DNA from: Candidatus Brocadiia bacterium
GTDB lineage: Bacteria > Planctomycetota > PUPC01 > DSUN01
NCBI GenBank assembly: GCA_046538415.1
Contig: JBKHIY010000002.1
Coordinates: 1,411 to 65,410 of the forward strand
Reading direction: 5' to 3'
Length of the DNA stretch: 64,000 nucleotides
Part shown: piece by piece, positions 38,639 to 47,101 of the stretch
Layout of the letters: each line of letters starts with the position of its first letter
Numbering within the stretch: position 1 is the first letter of the stretch
Position numbers and translations under genes: made by a program
Notes under the pieces: model-generated
The model's database searches: none
What the model saw: only the letters and a program-made list of their open reading frames with translations
What the model was told of the DNA's origin: nothing

Positions 38639-41134
38639 ATGGTGCGAAACGCTTGCCTCGCCCTCCTCCTGTGTGCCGCCCAGGGCGGCGCCGCCACCAC
38701 CACCGAGCTGTTCCACGACGACTTCTCCACCGCCGAGGAGGGAAGCGACGGCTTCCCCGTGTGGATCGCCGACTCGGGCACCTGGACTGTGCGCGACGGG
38801 GCCTTCCTGGGCGCCGACTGCGCCGGCCACTTCATCGCCCAGGGAGCGCGCACGGGCCGCGCGGAATGGACCGACTACACCCTCTCCCTGCGGCTGCGCC
38901 TGCTGTCGCGGGGCAGCGACTGGCGCGACGGCCCGTGGATCGGCTTCCGCTACCGCAACCGCGGCAACGCCTACACCCTGGGCTTCTACGACCGGATGAC
39001 CGCCCTGCACAAGGCCTCGCGGGGCAAGGTGACTTCTGATGACAAGGAGCTGGCCACCTCGCCCACCACCATCCGCGACGGCGCGTGGCACCGCGTGGCC
39101 ATCACCTGCAAGGGCAGCGCCATCGCCGTGGCCCTCGACGGGCAGACCATCATCGAAGCCACGGACGAGGGGTGGAACGACGCTCCGCCGGTCCCCAGCG
39201 GCGCCATCGTGCTCTCCGCCCGCAAGCACGAGGGCGGGGAGGGCACCAGCCGCGTGCTCTTCGACGACGTGCGGGTCCAGGCCCTCGAGCCGGTCCCCGC
39301 CGAGCTGGCCTTCACCCTCGCCGACGCCCGCCAGCGGGCCCCCAGGCGTATCGAGAGGATTAGCATGCTCGAATTCCTCAAGCAGCGCCGCAGCCGCAGA
39401 TGGCTCCGCGTGCCCCGCAAGGTCCTGGCCTTCTACTACACCTGGTACGGGCGGCCCGAGCGCCACGGGCGGTGGGTGCACTGGGCCGGGGTGGAGCCGG
39501 AGGAGCACGAGATCGCCACCTCCACTCACTATCCCGCCAAGGGGGCCTACGACTCCCACGACCCGGCCATCATCGACCACCACATCGCCCTGGCGAAGAG
39601 CCACGGCATCGACGCCTTCGTGGCCACCTGGTGGGGCCAGGGCACCTTCGACGACCGGGCCTTCCGCGTCCTCCTGGAGCGGGCCAAGGCTCACGATTTC
39701 GAGGTCACGGTCTACTGGGAGGCGGCGCCCGGCGAAGGCAGGGCGAAGGTGCGGAGGGCCGTCGACGACCTGGTCTACGTCCTGGAGAGCTACGGCTCGC
39801 ATCCCGCCTTCCTCAAGGTCGAGGACAAGCCCGTCATCTTCGTCTACGGGCGGGTGATGGGCCAGATGGAGCTGGGCGAATGGCCGCAGGTGATCACCGG
39901 CGCGCGGCGACGGGCCGGCGAGGACTTCCTGCTCATCGCGGACGGCTACCGCGAGGCCTACGCCCGGCTCTTCGACGGCCTGCACGTCTACAACATCTGC
40001 GGCTGGGTGCAGGGCAAGTCGCCCCAGGAGCTGGCCGAGCTGAGCCGCCAGGCCTTCTCCCGCGCCGTGGCCCTGGCCAAGCGGCACGCCCGCGTCGCCT
40101 GCGTGACCATCATCCCCGGCTACGACGACACCAAGATCCGCACCCCCGGCATCAACGCCGAACGCCAGGGGGGCGAGACCTATCGCGTGCTCTGGGAGCA
40201 GGCCATCGCCGCAGACCCCGACTGGGTGGTCATCACCTCCTGGAACGAGTGGCACGAGGGCTCGGAGATCGAGCCCAGTTGGGAGCACGGCGAGACCTAC
40301 CTCGACATCACGGCCACCTACGCTCGAGGCTTCAAGCAGACCCCCCACAGCCAGGCCCCCGTGCCCCCTGGCCCGGCCACGGTGCCCGCCGACCAGGCCC
40401 GGAAGCTGCAAAAGCTGTGGGGGAGCAGGACCATCGCCGTGCTGCCCGACTTCGCCGGCGATGCCGTCTTCTGGCTCGCCGACGCGGGCCTGAACCTCCA
40501 GGAGCTGCGCTGGGAGGAGCTGCTCGACCCGGAGAAGTTCGCCCCCGACCGCTTCCCCGTCGCGCTCTACGCCGGCTACGAGAGCTACACCCAGACGGTC
40601 CGGGAGGAGGGCGACGTCGATGATGCTCTCCGCCGCTACCTCCGCCGCGGCGGCACCCTGGCGGCCTTGGCCGCCGGCCCCTTTCCCTTCTTCTACAACC
40701 AGGACGGCGAGGCGGTGGCCGCGGCCCGGCGCCTGGGCTTCCCCATCCGGGGAGCCGGCGCCGGGGGCCAGGAGGCGCCCACGATCCGCGGGTGGGAGGA
40801 GCCGCCGCCGGGGCTCGACCTGGCTTTCCGCTTCGATGTCGACTCCCTGCCCGGCTTGCCCCGTCAGGCCCCCTTCCCCCGCGCCGGCGACCTGCGCTGG
40901 CGGCCCTGCTCCCCCCAGGGAGCGGCCGAGGGCGACCTCTACCTGCCGCTGGCGCGCCTGGTCGACGCGGAGGGGAGGATCTACGGCGACGGCATCGCCT
41001 ACATCGAGCACCGGGCCTCGGAGCCCAAGGGGGGCAGGAACCTCTACGTGTGGATGCGGATGGGCGACGGGGTGGGGGCCTCCGACCTCTACTTCGCCCT
41101 GTTCCGCTTCCTGGGCCAGCGCCTGCCCCGGTAG
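38639..41134 (+). CDS. Secreted LamG/concanavalin-like + GH99-like (endo-alpha-mannosidase family) + unassigned C-terminal domain protein
   Basis: Signal peptide present. The N-terminal 'WTVRDGAFLG...GAWHRVAITCKGSAIAVALDG' is jelly-roll-like. GH99-like motifs 'VLAFYYTWYG', 'GAYDSHD', 'GIDAFVATWWG', 'ITSWNEWHEGSEIEP'. Confidence 0.7.
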   Translation: MVRNACLALLLCAAQGGAATTTELFHDDFSTAEEGSDGFPVWIADSGTWTVRDGAFLGADCAGHFIAQGARTGRAEWTDYTLSLRLRLLSRGSDWRDGPWIGFRYRNRGNAYTLGFYDRMTALHKASRGKVTSDDKELATSPTTIRDGAWHRVAITCKGSAIAVALDGQTIIEATDEGWNDAPPVPSGAIVLSARKHEGGEGTSRVLFDDVRVQALEPVPAELAFTLADARQRAPRRIERISMLEFLKQRRSRRWLRVPRKVLAFYYTWYGRPERHGRWVHWAGVEPEEHEIATSTHYPAKGAYDSHDPAIIDHHIALAKSHGIDAFVATWWGQGTFDDRAFRVLLERAKAHDFEVTVYWEAAPGEGRAKVRRAVDDLVYVLESYGSHPAFLKVEDKPVIFVYGRVMGQMELGEWPQVITGARRRAGEDFLLIADGYREAYARLFDGLHVYNICGWVQGKSPQELAELSRQAFSRAVALAKRHARVACVTIIPGYDDTKIRTPGINAERQGGETYRVLWEQAIAADPDWVVITSWNEWHEGSEIEPSWEHGETYLDITATYARGFKQTPHSQAPVPPGPATVPADQARKLQKLWGSRTIAVLPDFAGDAVFWLADAGLNLQELRWEELLDPEKFAPDRFPVALYAGYESYTQTVREEGDVDDALRRYLRRGGTLAALAAGPFPFFYNQDGEAVAAARRLGFPIRGAGAGGQEAPTIRGWEEPPPGLDLAFRFDVDSLPGLPRQAPFPRAGDLRWRPCSPQGAAEGDLYLPLARLVDAEGRIYGDGIAYIEHRASEPKGGRNLYVWMRMGDGVGASDLYFALFRFLGQRLPR

Positions 41135-41157
41135 CCCTCCAGGTGCGGCGTTTTCTT
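41119..41157 (+). terminator. Intrinsic-terminator candidate overlapping the GH99-like stop
   Basis: 7-bp stem GCGCCUG/CAGGUGC (one G-U pair), 14-nt loop, then GGCG-UUUU-C-UU. Confidence 0.3.
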
Positions 41158-41184
41158 GACAATGCGCGCTTCCCGCCCTAGGCT
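41156..41184 (+). promoter_or_regulatory. Sigma70-type promoter candidate, TTGACA-17-TAGGCT
   Basis: Consensus -35 with 17-nt spacer. The -10 keeps T1, A2 and T6. About 150 nt upstream of ATG 41338. Confidence 0.35.
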
Positions 41185-41337
41185 TAGCGGGGGCGAGAGC
41201 CCCTCCGGCGTGCGCGGAGCCCTGGGCGGCCCTCCGGCTCCGGTTCTCAACTCCTGGCACAGCAATACGTTCTGATGTTTCCGGAGCGTTGGCCCGCAGT
41301 GGGTCTGCGCCCGCTGGGCTTTCAGGAGGAGAGGGTG

Positions 41338-42630
41338 ATGAAGCGCGCCTGGGGCAGGTTCGTCGTCGTTTGGGCGGCCGGTGTGGCGGGGGCTCTGGCC
41401 GCGCCCGCGGACGCGGCCGGGGGCGAGAGCGCGCCGTGGGTAAGAGAGCTGCCGGGGGACGCCAACCCCTTCGTCCAGCTCCTGCCCGCCCTGCGCACCG
41501 CGCCGACGCCCGCCTGGGTGCGGCGGGGCACGCGGATCACCTACTACAGCTCGTCCGCCATCGTCATCGGCGCCAGGGAGTACTACGTCCGCGACGAGGA
41601 CGGGAACTGGAAGGACCAGCACGGGAATCACTACCGCAAGGAGCGCGGCGGCGACGGCACCGGCGGCCACGGCTACACCCAGGTGAACGTGGCCGCGCTG
41701 GACCGCCAGCGGGCCGTGCTGGACATCCGGATGTACAGCTTCGTCGACGCCTCCACCAGCCGCCCGCCCATGCAGTTCGGGGCCGGCTCGGCGCTCGCCC
41801 TGCCCGGCGCCGGGGCCGACTACTGGCTCAGCCCCCGGGTGCTCCGCCAGGTGGGGGAGGGACGCTTCGACGGCACCCGCATCGTCCGCATGCCCTATAC
41901 CGTGGGGGGCAAGACCTATCGCGCCCTCCGCTTCCAGTACGAGCGCAAGGGCGCCCGCATCGTCCACGTATTCGACCTGGAGACGGGGCTCCTCCTGCAC
42001 AGCAATAGCGCCACCGACGTGCAGGGCCTCACCCCCACTACGCCGGGCAGAGCGGAGATGGGGAGTACGCGCCAGATGCTCACCCAGAGCACCTACGTGG
42101 GGCACCGGGACGTGCCCATCCCCTGGAGCCGGCGGGCGGGGGCGCGCTGGCCCGCGGGGCTCCGCCGCCTCCGCTACGACGGCTCGACCACGGTCTCCGT
42201 GCCCGGGTGCATGCCCGTTTCCCTGCCCGTCCGCGCCAGCTCGACGGTCTCCAGGCGAGGGGCCGACTGGGCGCAATACACCTTCACTGTCTCGGTGAAC
42301 GGCGGCTACGGCCTTCCGCCCAACACCCGCCGCTCCGAGCGGGTGAGCGGCCTGGGGCAGTTCGGGGCCATCTGGGTGCCTCCCGCCGCGCTCGCCGCCC
42401 TCCGCGCGGGGCAGGTGCTCGACCGCGACCCGCTCACCCAGGTGGTCACCTCCGTGAGCCACGCCGGCCCCGCTCTCGGCCTGGGACGAGTGGTCGCGGT
42501 CTCCGAGAGCAACGCGGTCCAGAGGCTGGACTACACCTACGACGCGGCGAGCGGGCTGCTCGTCGCCTACGGACAGGTCGATGGGCCGCTGCACATGCGC
42601 ACCCAGATGACCCTCGCCGACCAGCGCTGA
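41338..42630 (+). CDS. Secreted hypothetical protein
   Basis: ATG follows CAGGAGGAGAGGG. Signal peptide 'MKRAWGRFVVVWAAGVAGALAAPADA'. No recognised family. Confidence 0.55.
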   Translation: MKRAWGRFVVVWAAGVAGALAAPADAAGGESAPWVRELPGDANPFVQLLPALRTAPTPAWVRRGTRITYYSSSAIVIGAREYYVRDEDGNWKDQHGNHYRKERGGDGTGGHGYTQVNVAALDRQRAVLDIRMYSFVDASTSRPPMQFGAGSALALPGAGADYWLSPRVLRQVGEGRFDGTRIVRMPYTVGGKTYRALRFQYERKGARIVHVFDLETGLLLHSNSATDVQGLTPTTPGRAEMGSTRQMLTQSTYVGHRDVPIPWSRRAGARWPAGLRRLRYDGSTTVSVPGCMPVSLPVRASSTVSRRGADWAQYTFTVSVNGGYGLPPNTRRSERVSGLGQFGAIWVPPAALAALRAGQVLDRDPLTQVVTSVSHAGPALGLGRVVAVSESNAVQRLDYTYDAASGLLVAYGQVDGPLHMRTQMTLADQR

Positions 42631-42662
42631 GGCCCGGGCCGCGGCCGGCCCCCGACACGCCC

Positions 42663-42691
42663 TTGCACCCCGGCTCCATGGCGGGTAGAGT
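42663..42691 (+). promoter_or_regulatory. Sigma70-type promoter candidate, TTGCAC-17-TAGAGT
   Basis: Located 56 nt upstream of GTG 42747. Confidence 0.35.
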
Positions 42692-42746
42692 CCTCCGCGT
42701 CCCGCGCCCGCGCGCGGGCCTTCCCACGGAGCGAGGAGCCCCCGCC

Positions 42747-43763
42747 GTGAAGAAGGCCGTGATCTCCGGCGAGCGCCAGGCCCGCCTCGTCGACGTCCCC
42801 ACCCCCGAGCCGAAGGACGACTGGGCGCTGGTCAAGGTCCATGCCGTGCCCATGTGCACCGAGTACAAGGGCTTCGTGGCGGGGCGCTCGGCGCAGTTCC
42901 TGGGCCACGAGGCCGCCGGCGAGGTGGCCGCGGTGGCCCGGCCATGCAAGGTGCGGGCGGGCGACCGCGTCGTGGTCCAGCCCCAGTATCCCTGCGGCAC
43001 CTGCGAGCTTTGCGTGGCCGGCGACTATATCCACTGCGAGCAGTGCGTGGACTTCGAGGCCTTCACCGGCGGCCCCGAGGGCCGGGCGACCTATGCCCAG
43101 TACCTGCTCAAGCCCGACTGGCTGCTCTCGCCGATCCCCGACGAGGTGTCCTACGAGCGGGCCTCGCTGGCCGTTTGCGGGCTGGGGCCGTCGTTCGGGG
43201 CCTTCCAGGCCATGGGGCTCGACGCCTTCCACACGGTGCTGGTGACCGGCCTCGGCCCGGTGGGGCTGGGGGCGGTGGTGAACGCGCGGTTCCGGGGGGC
43301 TCGCGTGATCGGCGTCGAGTCCGTGCCCTACCGCGTGGAGCGAGCCAAGCAGATGGGGGCCGAGCACGTGCTCGACCCCCGCGAGCCGGACCTCGCCGCC
43401 AGGGTCCGCGAGCTCGCCGGCGGGCGGGGGGTGGACCGCGCCCTGGACTGCTCGGGCACGGTGGAGGCCCAGCGCCTGTGCCTGGACGCCACGCGGCGAA
43501 AGGGGCGCGTGGCCTGCGTCGGCGAGTGCGGCCAGGAGCTGACGCTCCGCGTCAGCCCCGACCTCATCCGCACCGGCATCTCCCTGTGCGGCTCCTGGCA
43601 CTACAACCTCAACGACTATCCCCGGGTGATGCAGGTCATCCAGCGCTCGCCTCTCGTCGACCTGCTCATCAGCCACGTCCTGCCCATGAGCCGCGTGGAG
43701 GAGGCGCTGGAGCTGTGCGCCTCGCACCAGACCGCCAAGGTGATCCTCAAGCCCTGGGAGTGA
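42747..43763 (+). CDS. Zinc-dependent medium-chain alcohol/polyol dehydrogenase
   Basis: GTG follows GGAGCGAGGAG. Motifs 'GHEAAGEV', 'CGTCELCVAGDYIHCEQC', and Rossmann 'VLVTGLGPVGLGA'. Confidence 0.82.
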   Translation: MKKAVISGERQARLVDVPTPEPKDDWALVKVHAVPMCTEYKGFVAGRSAQFLGHEAAGEVAAVARPCKVRAGDRVVVQPQYPCGTCELCVAGDYIHCEQCVDFEAFTGGPEGRATYAQYLLKPDWLLSPIPDEVSYERASLAVCGLGPSFGAFQAMGLDAFHTVLVTGLGPVGLGAVVNARFRGARVIGVESVPYRVERAKQMGAEHVLDPREPDLAARVRELAGGRGVDRALDCSGTVEAQRLCLDATRRKGRVACVGECGQELTLRVSPDLIRTGISLCGSWHYNLNDYPRVMQVIQRSPLVDLLISHVLPMSRVEEALELCASHQTAKVILKPWE

Positions 43764-43765
43764 GC

Positions 43766-44731
43766 ATGGGTGGCGCGGGCAAGGCGCAGGACCGGGGGGC
43801 GCTGGAGCGGTTTCTCCGCGAGCACGGCTTCCAGCCCGTCCGTCTCGAGCGCATTCCCACGGGGAAGTTCAACGACAGCTACTTCGTCTCCACCGCCGAG
43901 GGCCGCGAGGTGGTGCTCCGCGTCGCTCCCCCCGACGACGCGGGCTTCCTCTTCTACGAACGCGGCATGATGGCCCAGGAGCCGGGGGTCCACCGCCTGG
44001 TGCGCCAGCGCACCGCCATCCCCGTGGCCTGGGTGCTGGTCTACGACGACTCCCGGTCGATCATCGACCGCGATGCCCTGGTGATGGAGCGGCTGGAGGG
44101 GCGGGCCCTGTCCGACATCGCGCTTTCGCCCGCCGCGGCGGAACGCGTGCTCGAGCAGGTGGGCCGCCACCTGCGCGACCTCCACGACGCCTGCCGAGCC
44201 GAGCGCTACGGCTACCTGGGCGAGCACCGCCCCATGGCCCCCGCGGCGAGCTGGGCGGAGGCGTTCCGCACCATGTGGGCGCTGCTGGTGGACGACATCC
44301 GGGCCTGCGGGGCCTACGACGCGGACGAGGCCAGGACGGTGCGCGATGCCCTCGAGCCCCACCTGCCGCTCTTCGACCGCCAGGTGCCGAGCTGCCTGCT
44401 GCACATGGACGTGTGGGCCCAGAACATCCTGGTGAGCCAGGGAGGCGAGGTGAGCGGGCTGGTCGACTGGGACCGGGCGCTGTGGGGCGACGTGGAGATC
44501 GAGTTCGCCGTCCTCGACTACTGTGGCATCTCCCGCCCCTCCTTCTGGCGCGGCTACGGACGGCCCCGCGACACGTCGCCGGCGGCGCAGGTCCGGGGAG
44601 TCTTCTACTATCTCTACGAGCTCCAGAAGTATATCGTCATCCGCACGCTGCGGGGCCGGGATCCCGCCGCCGCCCGCCGCTACAAGGCCCACGCCGCGAG
44701 GATGCTGGCCGAGCTGGAGAGGCGGGGGTGA
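43766..44731 (+). CDS. Aminoglycoside-phosphotransferase (APH)/choline-kinase-fold small-molecule kinase
   Basis: ATG lies 3 nt after the ADH stop. Brenner-type 'LLHMDVWAQNILV' and 'LVDWDRALWGD'. Confidence 0.75.
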   Translation: MGGAGKAQDRGALERFLREHGFQPVRLERIPTGKFNDSYFVSTAEGREVVLRVAPPDDAGFLFYERGMMAQEPGVHRLVRQRTAIPVAWVLVYDDSRSIIDRDALVMERLEGRALSDIALSPAAAERVLEQVGRHLRDLHDACRAERYGYLGEHRPMAPAASWAEAFRTMWALLVDDIRACGAYDADEARTVRDALEPHLPLFDRQVPSCLLHMDVWAQNILVSQGGEVSGLVDWDRALWGDVEIEFAVLDYCGISRPSFWRGYGRPRDTSPAAQVRGVFYYLYELQKYIVIRTLRGRDPAAARRYKAHAARMLAELERRG

Positions 44732-44745
44732 ACGGCGGCTGCGGC

Positions 44746-46971
44746 TCAGCGGAGGGCGACGACGGCGCTCTCGCCACGGCGCAGGGAGCGGCTGTAGCCA
44801 GCGACCTGGACTGTGGAGGGGGACCTGCCCGAGAGCTTCTCCACACGTACCTCGTCGCGGCTGGCCTCGATGGCCAGCATGGCGCCCCGGTGGGCCACGC
44901 GCAAGCTCACGGACTGCCAGGGGCGGGGCAGGCGGGGCTCGATGCGGAGGGCTTCGCCCACGCTGCGGATGCCGAGGAAGCCGCGGACGACGGCCTGCCA
45001 GGTTCCGCCCAGGGCCGCGGCGTGGAGGCCCTCCTGGGTGTTGCCCATGGGGTTGGCCAGGTCGGTGCTGGCGGAGAGGCGGAAGTAGTGGTAGGCCTTT
45101 CGCTTCAGCTCCAGGTCGGCGGCCAGGATGGCGTGGCCGCTGGAGCTGAGGGAGGAGTCGTGGGTGGTTCGGGGCTCGTAGTAGTCCCAGTTGGCCCGCT
45201 TGAGGGTGTTGGGGAAGGCGTCGGGCCAGAGGTTCATGAGCATCACCACGTCGGCCTGCTTGAGGATTTGGGACTTCCAGATTCTGGCCATGCGGATCTT
45301 CTCGGGCTCCTCGGAGACCCGGGAGGAGAGCTGGCGGGGGTCGGCGTCGGCGAGCTGGAGGAATCCCTGGTGCTGCTCGATGATGCCCCGGGCGGCGTCG
45401 TAGGGGACGAGGATGCGGTCGGCGGTCTCTCGCCACTGGGGGGCATCGGCATCGTCGGGTGCCAGGGAAGCGGCGAGCCGCAGGTTCCAGGCGGCCATGT
45501 AGTTGGTGAAGGCGTTGTCGTCGACGTGTTCGTGGTATTCATCGGGGCCGATCACGTCGCGGACGACGCAGTGGTCTTCGCGGTGCTCGACTCGGCTGGC
45601 CCAGAAGCGGGCGGTTTCCACGGCGATGGGGGTCAGGACGTTTCTTCGGAACCGCTCGTCGCCGGTGGCCCGCCAGTAGTGCCAGGCTCCGTAGACCACG
45701 TCGGCGCTGATGTGCTGCTCCAGCTCGCCGGTCCACACGCGGACCGGCTCGCCGGTCTTGGGGTCGGGGACATAGCGGGGGCAGGTCTCCTCCCCGGTGG
45801 CGGCGCTCTCCCAGGCGAACATGGCTCCCCGGTAGCCGTCGTCGCGGGCCTTCTTCCTGGCGCCGTCGAGGGTCAGGTAGCGGTAGGTGAGCAGGCGCTT
45901 GGCGGTGGCGGGAAAGGCGTAGATGAAGAAGGGGAGCATGAAAATCTCGGTGTCCCAGAAGACGTGGCCTCGGTAGGCCTCGCCGCTGAGGGCCTTGGCG
46001 CCGATGCTCACCGTGGGGTCGTTGCGGGAGGCGGCCTGGATGAGCTGGAGGGTGACGAAGCGGATGGCCCGCTGGTCCTCCTCGGGTCCGTCGATCCGCA
46101 CGTCGGCGTGGCGCCAGCGTCGGCGCCAGGCGGCGGAATGGCGGCGGCGGAGGACGCCGCAGCGCCAGACCGCGGTGTTGCGGATGGCGTCCAGGCAGTC
46201 CCGCTCGACGGCTCGCACGTCGGGGTCGCGGGAGGTATAGGTGGCCGTGGTGCGGCTGAAGACGGCCTGCTGACAGGGCTCCAGGTAGGTCTGATAGTGG
46301 AGCCCAAGGCGGCTGCCGCGTCCCACGTGGGCCGGCTTGGGCGGGCGGGCCTGGCGCACCCACACCTCGCTGCGGCAGGCGTGGCCGATGCGGATGCGGG
46401 TCCTGCTGGTCTCGGTGGCCAGGAGGACGCGGTCGCGGGCCACGTGCTTGCTGTGGAGGAAGCGGAGGTGACGCTTGCTGCGGTTGCGCACGCGGGCGTC
46501 CAGCCAGAAGGTGAGGGCCACGTCGCCCCGCCAGTTCAGCGGCTTCACCTCAATCGATTGGCTCACCAGGTGCGGAGCGGTGAGACTGGCGAAACGCTCG
46601 AACTGGAGCCGCGTCTGCCGCTCGCCGTGCACGTAGGTGAAGCGGCGGTAGAGGATGCCCCGGCGCAGGTCCAGCACCCGCTCGTAGTCCCGCACCCGCC
46701 CCTCCGCCAGGCGCACCGGGCGCCCCGCCAGGCGAAGGGCCACGCTCAGGAAGTTGGCCACGTTCACCAGCTCCGGGATGTCGTCCGCGTCGGGGTCGAA
46801 GACCCCCGCGATGTAGATGCCGGGGAGGCTGGGGCCCGCGTCGAAGGGCTCCTCGGGAAAGCCGCGGACGCCGCAGTAGCCGTTCCCGGTGGTGAACCGC
46901 GCTTCCCAGAGGAGGTTGTCCTCGGGCTGCCAGGGAGACTCGCTCACCGCCCACGCTGCGTCGCTCATCAT
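44746..46971 (-). CDS. GH65-family glycoside phosphorylase/hydrolase (kojibiose/maltose/trehalose phosphorylase family)
   Basis: Motifs 'FTTGNGYCGVRG', 'GHVFWDTEIFMLPFF', 'GAMFAWESA'. Confidence 0.85.
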   Translation of the reverse strand: MMSDAAWAVSESPWQPEDNLLWEARFTTGNGYCGVRGFPEEPFDAGPSLPGIYIAGVFDPDADDIPELVNVANFLSVALRLAGRPVRLAEGRVRDYERVLDLRRGILYRRFTYVHGERQTRLQFERFASLTAPHLVSQSIEVKPLNWRGDVALTFWLDARVRNRSKRHLRFLHSKHVARDRVLLATETSRTRIRIGHACRSEVWVRQARPPKPAHVGRGSRLGLHYQTYLEPCQQAVFSRTTATYTSRDPDVRAVERDCLDAIRNTAVWRCGVLRRRHSAAWRRRWRHADVRIDGPEEDQRAIRFVTLQLIQAASRNDPTVSIGAKALSGEAYRGHVFWDTEIFMLPFFIYAFPATAKRLLTYRYLTLDGARKKARDDGYRGAMFAWESAATGEETCPRYVPDPKTGEPVRVWTGELEQHISADVVYGAWHYWRATGDERFRRNVLTPIAVETARFWASRVEHREDHCVVRDVIGPDEYHEHVDDNAFTNYMAAWNLRLAASLAPDDADAPQWRETADRILVPYDAARGIIEQHQGFLQLADADPRQLSSRVSEEPEKIRMARIWKSQILKQADVVMLMNLWPDAFPNTLKRANWDYYEPRTTHDSSLSSSGHAILAADLELKRKAYHYFRLSASTDLANPMGNTQEGLHAAALGGTWQAVVRGFLGIRSVGEALRIEPRLPRPWQSVSLRVAHRGAMLAIEASRDEVRVEKLSGRSPSTVQVAGYSRSLRRGESAVVALR

Positions 46972-46991
46972 GCAAAGTCCTTTCGCCGTGG

Positions 46992-47020
46992 ATTATAGTG
47001 GGATACCGGAGGCCGATCAA
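46992..47020 (-). promoter_or_regulatory. Sigma70-type promoter, TTGATC-17-TATAAT, for GH65
   Basis: Perfect -10 (minus strand, 46992-46997) and -35 TTGATC (47015-47020), about 20 nt upstream of the ATG. Confidence 0.55.
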
Positions 47021-47055
47021 ACGCCCCCCTGGGGCTGGCCGGCGCCGCACGCCCA

Positions 47056-47064
47056 TGGTAGAAT
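47056..47064 (+). promoter_or_regulatory. Extended -10 promoter candidate TGGTAGAAT
   Basis: TGn-TAGAAT, 38 nt upstream of ATG 47102, which follows GCAGGAGG. No good -35. Confidence 0.4.
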
Positions 47065-47101
47065 CCGCTACCCCCGAAGTGCCCGCAGGAGGCTCCGAGC
47101 C

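Noticed and set aside
37175-41260. 1361-aa minus-strand ORF, the longest in the track, antisense to the sulfatase and GH99-like genes
   Set aside because: Typical high-GC shadow ORF. Its composition is Gly/Ala/Val/Arg/Pro-rich and low in complexity, it has no recognisable motifs, and it is fully overlapped by plus-strand genes with clear family signatures and RBSs.
41245-41260. TGGCAC hexamer upstream of gene 41338 as a sigma54 promoter
   Set aside because: The -12 position reads TACG (TGGCACAGCAATACGT), so the invariant GC is missing at the correct spacing. A sigma70-type TTGACA-17-TAGGCT upstream explains transcription better.
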